Shown piece by piece: positions 57,284 through 61,503 of a stretch of 61,503 nt of DNA. The translations under genes were made by a program, and so were the position numbers. The DNA lies in assembly GCA_044356725.1 (NCBI GenBank), contig JBIKVS010000006.1:1-61503 (forward strand), written 5' to 3'. Every line of letters starts with the position of its first letter. The first letter of the stretch is position 1. This DNA is from Minisyncoccia bacterium. GTDB lineage: Bacteria > Patescibacteriota > Minisyncoccia > SW-4-49-11. Below the pieces are notes generated by a model. That model saw nothing but the letters and a program-made list of their open reading frames with translations, was not told the origin of the DNA and did not search any database.

Positions 57284-57918
57284 TATTCTAGTGATAAATT
57301 TTTAATTTCTTGAAGAATAATCTCTATTCCCTCTTCTACAGTTAAGTTATCTGTATTAATCTCAATAGCATCTTCTGCCTTACGCAATGGAGAATGTTCT
57401 CGTTCAATATCATGTCGATCCCTTTGAGCAATTGATTCTAAAACATGCTCATAATCCGCTTCTAATCCATCTTTTTGCATCTGAGCATAGCGTCTTTTGG
57501 CTCGAACCTCTAATGAAGCTGTAAAATAAAATTTATAATCAGCTTCAGGAAAGACCACTGTCCCTATGTCCCTACCCTCTACGACTATATTTTTATCTTT
57601 AGCATAATTTCTTTGGATTTCAACTATTTCCTCACGGATAGAAGGTATACTAGCAACTTCAGCCACATTATCAGAAACAGTTTGCTCACGCAGTACATTA
57701 TAATCAATATTATTATAATCTAATTCTTGAGCTAATTTAAATAAAACATCCGAATCATTCAGATCCAGATGTTGTTGTAGTGCATTAAATGTAATCCAGC
57801 GATATAAAGTTCCTGAGTTGAGATGATAATATCCTAGTCTTTGTGCTAATAACTCAGCTGTTGTACTTTTACCTGTTCCACCTGGACCATCTATTGTAAT
57901 AACCATATAATTTTTCAC
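57283..57918 (-). CDS. cmk: Cytidylate kinase
   Basis: ITIDGPGGTGKST P-loop, YRWIT, EGRDIGTVVFP. Confidence 0.9.
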   Translation of the reverse strand: MKNYMVITIDGPGGTGKSTTAELLAQRLGYYHLNSGTLYRWITFNALQQHLDLNDSDVLFKLAQELDYNNIDYNVLREQTVSDNVAEVASIPSIREEIVEIQRNYAKDKNIVVEGRDIGTVVFPEADYKFYFTASLEVRAKRRYAQMQKDGLEADYEHVLESIAQRDRHDIEREHSPLRKAEDAIEINTDNLTVEEGIEIILQEIKNLSLE

Positions 57919-57987
57919 TTAATTTATACTAAACCTAAAAATTATAATATCATAAATTCTATAATTTGTAAAAATATAAAGTTAAAT

Positions 57988-59781
57988 CTAATGTTTCAAA
58001 ACCTCTAAATAAACCTCCTTAGGAATATGAATACGAGCAGTATCACGCATTCTCTTTTTACCTTCTTTCTGTTTTTTTAACAATTTATCCTTACGAGTTC
58101 TATCTCCACCATATAATTTCGCTGTCACATCTTTTCTAAAAGCAGAAAGTGTTTCTCTCGCCACAATTGTACCACCTATAGTTGCCTGTAGAGCCACTGC
58201 ATACTGTTGTCTTGGCAGAGATTGCTTCAATTTATGCACAATTCGCTTACCTTCATCATGAGCTTCATCTTTATATACAATATGGGACAAAGCCTCCTGA
58301 GTCTCGCCTGCCACCATTATATCTAATTTGACTAGATTAGCCTCTTGAGGAGGTAGTGGATAATAGTTAACCGAGGCATATCCTGAAGTAATACTTTTAA
58401 GTACATCATAAAAATCCACAATAACCTTAGCTAGTGGTATATGATACTCGACAATAGCTCTATCCTCTCCAATATATTTAGTATTAATAAATTGTCCTCG
58501 TCTTTTTTGTAATAAATCCATTACTGAGCCAATATAATCTTTAGGTGTCATTATCTCTAACCTCACATAAGGCTCTAGGATTCTAGCTAACTTGGTATTG
58601 TCAGGAAAATCAGTTGCGGAATAAATAGTATAAGTGTCCCCATTAGTCTGCTCCACTATATAGGCAACAGACGGAGTGCTGATAATCAAATCCAGATCAT
58701 ATTCTCGCCTTAATCTCTCGGTAATAATATCTAAATGCAACATTCCTAAAAATCCACATCTGAACCCCTTACCTAGAGCTTCTTTAGACTCAGGTTCAAA
58801 CACAAGGGAGGAATCAGATAGCTTGAGCTTATTCAGAGCATCTCTAAGTATAGGATATTCCTCGGTACTCGCAACAAAAATACTAGCGTAAACAACCGGT
58901 ACTGGCTCCATATACTCAGCTAATGGAGCTAAATCTTGACTAGCTGGAAATTTTATAATAGTATCTCCCACACGGACATTTTCTACATTTTTTAGCCCAG
59001 TGGCAATATATCCTATCATACCAGCAGAGAGAGTATCTAATTTGGTCATCTGAGGAGTGAACACACCTAATTCTAAAACTTGAGCTTCTTGTTTTTTGGC
59101 AAGCATCTTGATACTATCCGCTGTTGAAATATTCCCATCTACAACTCTAATATGAGCAATAACACCTTTATAAGAATCAAAGGCGGAATCAAAGATTAAA
59201 GCCCTAAAATTATCTCCCTCGATTGAGTTAGTAGTTGGAGCTGGGACTTCCGCAATCACTCTCTCTAATAAAGCTGGAACTCCCTGTCCAGTTTTACCAG
59301 AAATCTCCAGAATTTCAGACTCTTCCACTCCTAGCAGTTCACAAATCTCTTGCTTGACTTCAGTCACTCTAGCATGAGGTAAATCTACTTTATTGACAGC
59401 AGGTATAATGACCAAATCCTGTTCAATAGCTAGATAAACATTAGCAATAGTCTGAGCCTGTATACCTTGAGTAGCATCTACTAGAAGAATAGCCCCCTCT
59501 ACAGCCGCAAGACTTCTCGAGACCTCATAGCTAAAGTCCACATGCCCAGGAGTATCGATTAAATTCAAAATATATTCTTGGTTTTGATAATTATATTTCA
59601 CCCTAACTGGTTGCATCTTAATAGTAATCCCTCGCTCTCGCTCTAATTCCATAGAGTCAAGCAATTGCTCTTTCATCTTCCGCTTCTCTACAGTTTGAGT
59701 CAATTCCAAAATACGGTCAGACAAAGTAGACTTACCATGATCAATGTGAGCAATAATACTAAAGTTTCGAATATTTTGCAT
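57988..59781 (-). CDS. lepA: Elongation factor 4 (LepA)
   Basis: IRNFSIIAHIDHGKST, DTPGHVDF, NKVD, and the LepA-specific C-terminal domain. Confidence 0.95.
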   Translation of the reverse strand: MQNIRNFSIIAHIDHGKSTLSDRILELTQTVEKRKMKEQLLDSMELERERGITIKMQPVRVKYNYQNQEYILNLIDTPGHVDFSYEVSRSLAAVEGAILLVDATQGIQAQTIANVYLAIEQDLVIIPAVNKVDLPHARVTEVKQEICELLGVEESEILEISGKTGQGVPALLERVIAEVPAPTTNSIEGDNFRALIFDSAFDSYKGVIAHIRVVDGNISTADSIKMLAKKQEAQVLELGVFTPQMTKLDTLSAGMIGYIATGLKNVENVRVGDTIIKFPASQDLAPLAEYMEPVPVVYASIFVASTEEYPILRDALNKLKLSDSSLVFEPESKEALGKGFRCGFLGMLHLDIITERLRREYDLDLIISTPSVAYIVEQTNGDTYTIYSATDFPDNTKLARILEPYVRLEIMTPKDYIGSVMDLLQKRRGQFINTKYIGEDRAIVEYHIPLAKVIVDFYDVLKSITSGYASVNYYPLPPQEANLVKLDIMVAGETQEALSHIVYKDEAHDEGKRIVHKLKQSLPRQQYAVALQATIGGTIVARETLSAFRKDVTAKLYGGDRTRKDKLLKKQKEGKKRMRDTARIHIPKEVYLEVLKH

Positions 59782-59831
59782 ATAAGCTATATTATAGACG
59801 AAATTAGGATATTTTACAAATTAATTATAAA

Positions 59832-60121
59832 TGATGTATTATGAGTTGTGAATTTAGTAGGGTCGACCTTTCAGTCGCCTGTTTTTGTCCTCCTTTCTAC
59901 CTACGGCAGATAAATGGAGGAGGTGGCACGCAGTGCCGGTGGTGGATATTAAGTTTAATATTATTACAAGTAAGAGTTTATTTTAGTATTTTAAAGTCTG
60001 TCCTCCCTCCCCCTTCGGGTACTCCCTCCAACTACCTACGGCAGTTAAAAAGGGAGACAATATAAGTACAGGCGACTTGCAGGTTGTCCCTACAAACTGG
60101 AGGGATAAACTCCTCCGCTAC
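59832..60121. repeat. G+C-rich mosaic repeat locus R6 (heptamers, B arm, module D with 19-nt insertion, AT-rich spacer, modules C, F, G)
   Basis: gtagggtcgacctttcagtcgcc 59858-59880. Module D 59886-59945 with inserted ctacctacggcagataaat (59897-59915). 60016-60059 matches module C. 60065-60121 matches 17153-17183 and 17043-17075. Confidence 0.85.
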
Positions 60122-60220
60122 CAATATAATGTCGGCAGGGCGCTGACTCTACGAATGACAAATGACTGAAATAACTGGCTCCCGGACTTGTCTACCGTAG
60201 GTAGAGGAGCCAGGTGCCCC

Positions 60221-61503
60221 TCAGCGAAGGACACAACGGAAACCAACAGTAGTAAACGAATTGGAAGGAGTATTAGATAGACGCAGAGCAAAGACCCCTG
60301 CAATAGATGTATCACTCCAATGACCACCACGGAGGAAGGCGAAAGGGCCTCCTGTTAAACCTCCTGCATAGTATTGCCCTGTATTTTGGGTGCTATTCCA
60401 ACTAGTATTACTTGGGCGGGTTAGGTCATAACTTAGGGTTCCAAAGTTGCTTATTGCTGTCCATTGTTGCCATAAGCTTCCTGAGCTACTATTTGGTTTG
60501 TTTTGTCCTTGTATGGTATCACTTGTCCATTCCCAGACATTTCCACCTAAGTCCCAGATTGTCTCTCCATTACTTAAGGTATGGGTTCTTCTCTCTATGC
60601 TTGGGGATACATTGCCCGTCCCAAAGTATGGATCATTATCTGTACTTGCTGCTAGGGCAATACTAGGATTATTATCGCTATGTCCTCTCCATAAGCCTCC
60701 ACTTCCTACTGTTCCTCCTGTCCAGTTTGTTCCTTGTCCTTCTATATTTCTTGCTATGGTCATCCATTCATTGTTATTGATTAGTCCATACCCTGCTCCG
60801 TTTAGACTACAGGCTGTGATTGCATTTGTTTGGCTTATATTTACTGTAGGAAATCCTGTTGCTGCGGTTGTGGCTGCTACTGTTGCTGAGCCTGTCTTTG
60901 CTTCATATTTCATTACACAGAAATCGTTGGTGCCATACATACTGTTTCTAGGTACTGCTATATAGCCGGTGGGACAGCTTATTGTTGTGCTTGGTCTGTC
61001 TATATAGGTCTGTGTCCCTGCATTATTCTTATATACTAATCTATTTAAGACTAATTGTTGTGTCCCTGTTGGCACTAATGTCCCTGCTGTTATCTGGGCT
61101 TGTATTCTTTCTTCTACTCCTGGATTTACTACTATTATTTGTCCTAGCTCTGCATTGCTTGCTGTGACTCTTATTCTATTGTTCTCTTCATTTATACTTA
61201 CTCTATATTCTCCTCCTGATGGTGCTACTGGTATCCCTGCTATATAATCCGGTACTAGTACTCTTAGATCTGCTTTATTGCTACAAGTTGTTGCTCCTCC
61301 TACCTGTTCTGTTCCTGTTTGACATATGTCTTTTAATGTTGTTGTTATCCCTGCGGGATAGCTTCCTGTGTCTATTAGGTATTGTTCTATTGCTTTGTAG
61401 ATTGTATTTATATCTGCTCTTCTTTGTGCATTCCTGGCTTGTGCTATCTGTCTATTTGGGTTTACTGCTACTAGTACTATTGCCGCTAATATCCCTATCG
61501 CTG
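60221..61503 (-). CDS. Prepilin-type N-terminal helix fused to an FGE-sulfatase/SUMF1 (C-type lectin fold) domain; 5' end beyond window
   Basis: The ORF track lists only 60221-61075. The frame stays open to 61503 and reads ...IGILAAIVLVAVNPNRQIAQARNAQRRADINTIYKAIEQYLIDTGSYP (type IV pilin / T2SS pseudopilin helix). FGE-domain motifs: DFCVMKYEAK, NEWMTIARN, WEWTSD, RGGHW, VGFRC. Confidence 0.8.
   Translation of the reverse strand, partial: AIGILAAIVLVAVNPNRQIAQARNAQRRADINTIYKAIEQYLIDTGSYPAGITTTLKDICQTGTEQVGGATTCSNKADLRVLVPDYIAGIPVAPSGGEYRVSINEENNRIRVTASNAELGQIIVVNPGVEERIQAQITAGTLVPTGTQQLVLNRLVYKNNAGTQTYIDRPSTTISCPTGYIAVPRNSMYGTNDFCVMKYEAKTGSATVAATTAATGFPTVNISQTNAITACSLNGAGYGLINNNEWMTIARNIEGQGTNWTGGTVGSGGLWRGHSDNNPSIALAASTDNDPYFGTGNVSPSIERRTHTLSNGETIWDLGGNVWEWTSDTIQGQNKPNSSSGSLWQQWTAISNFGTLSYDLTRPSNTSWNSTQNTGQYYAGGLTGGPFAFLRGGHWSDTSIAGVFALRLSNTPSNSFTTVGFRCVLR
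60224..60349 (-). other. Putative DGR variable region (VR) within the FGE/C-type-lectin domain
   Basis: All scaffold codons are adenine-free. Interspersed NNT codons. Peptide LRGGHWSDTSIAGVFALRLSNTPSNSFTTVGFRCVLR. See findings. Confidence 0.6.

Noticed and set aside
14428-60121. Whether the recurring G+C-rich elements form a CRISPR array.
   Set aside because: Copies are scattered over 45 kb, are in both orientations, have no regular repeat-spacer periodicity, and no cas genes are present.
59782-60220. Search for the DGR template repeat, Avd or RT in the 440 bp downstream of the VR-like region and in all other intergenic regions of the window.
   Set aside because: No segment resembling the 126-nt VR (on either strand) was found by eye, and no ORF has RT motifs. 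The DGR call therefore rests only on the VR-intrinsic signature and needs sequence outside this window.
60412-61167. Long + strand ORFs (60412-60666, 60447-60965, 60982-61167) and minus-strand 60118-60330, all overlapping the pilin-FGE gene.
   Set aside because: They are artefacts of the A-poor + strand, which yields few stop codons. They encode Leu/Phe/Cys-rich low-complexity peptides with no start context. The minus-strand frame has clear pilin and FGE-domain motifs.

Overview
AT-rich, very gene-dense bacterial window (about one-third G+C by eye). Nearly all genes lie on the minus strand, often with 1-17 nt overlaps. The gene set looks like a small-genome, Patescibacteria/CPR-like organism; this is inference, since no rRNA is present. 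Standard genetic code. The backbone is housekeeping: rplS, recR-dnaB-argS-rseP-frr, lysS-map-adk, dnaK, PBP1A, rplJL, secDF, mreBCD-PBP2, dut, ung, cmk, lepA.

Main non-backbone content:
1. Left end: an exopolysaccharide cluster. It holds a GH8 glucanase, a BcsA-like GT2, a GT39, a Dpm1-like GT2, and an edge-truncated gene missing from the ORF track that fuses two complete processive GT2 modules.
2. 8958-13316: a small accessory island next to tRNA-Leu, with an AlbA_2/Schlafen-like protein, a membrane protein, DUF1801, a G+C-rich orphan and a protein with an Rx4H HEPN-type motif.
3. A cluster of four tRNAs. None encodes its CCA end.
4. Seven intergenic loci carry a family of G+C-rich, hairpin-dense, modular repeats, often led by 7-nt tandem repeats. 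At one locus the modules frame two unrelated small ORFs as promoter-RBS-ORF-terminator cassettes.
5. Right end: a prepilin-type protein fused to an FGE/C-type-lectin domain. Its last about 42 codons show the adenine-depleted scaffold plus NNT-codon pattern of a DGR (diversity-generating retroelement) variable region. No RT (reverse transcriptase) or TR (template repeat) is in the window.

No transposase, integrase, CRISPR array or rRNA was seen.
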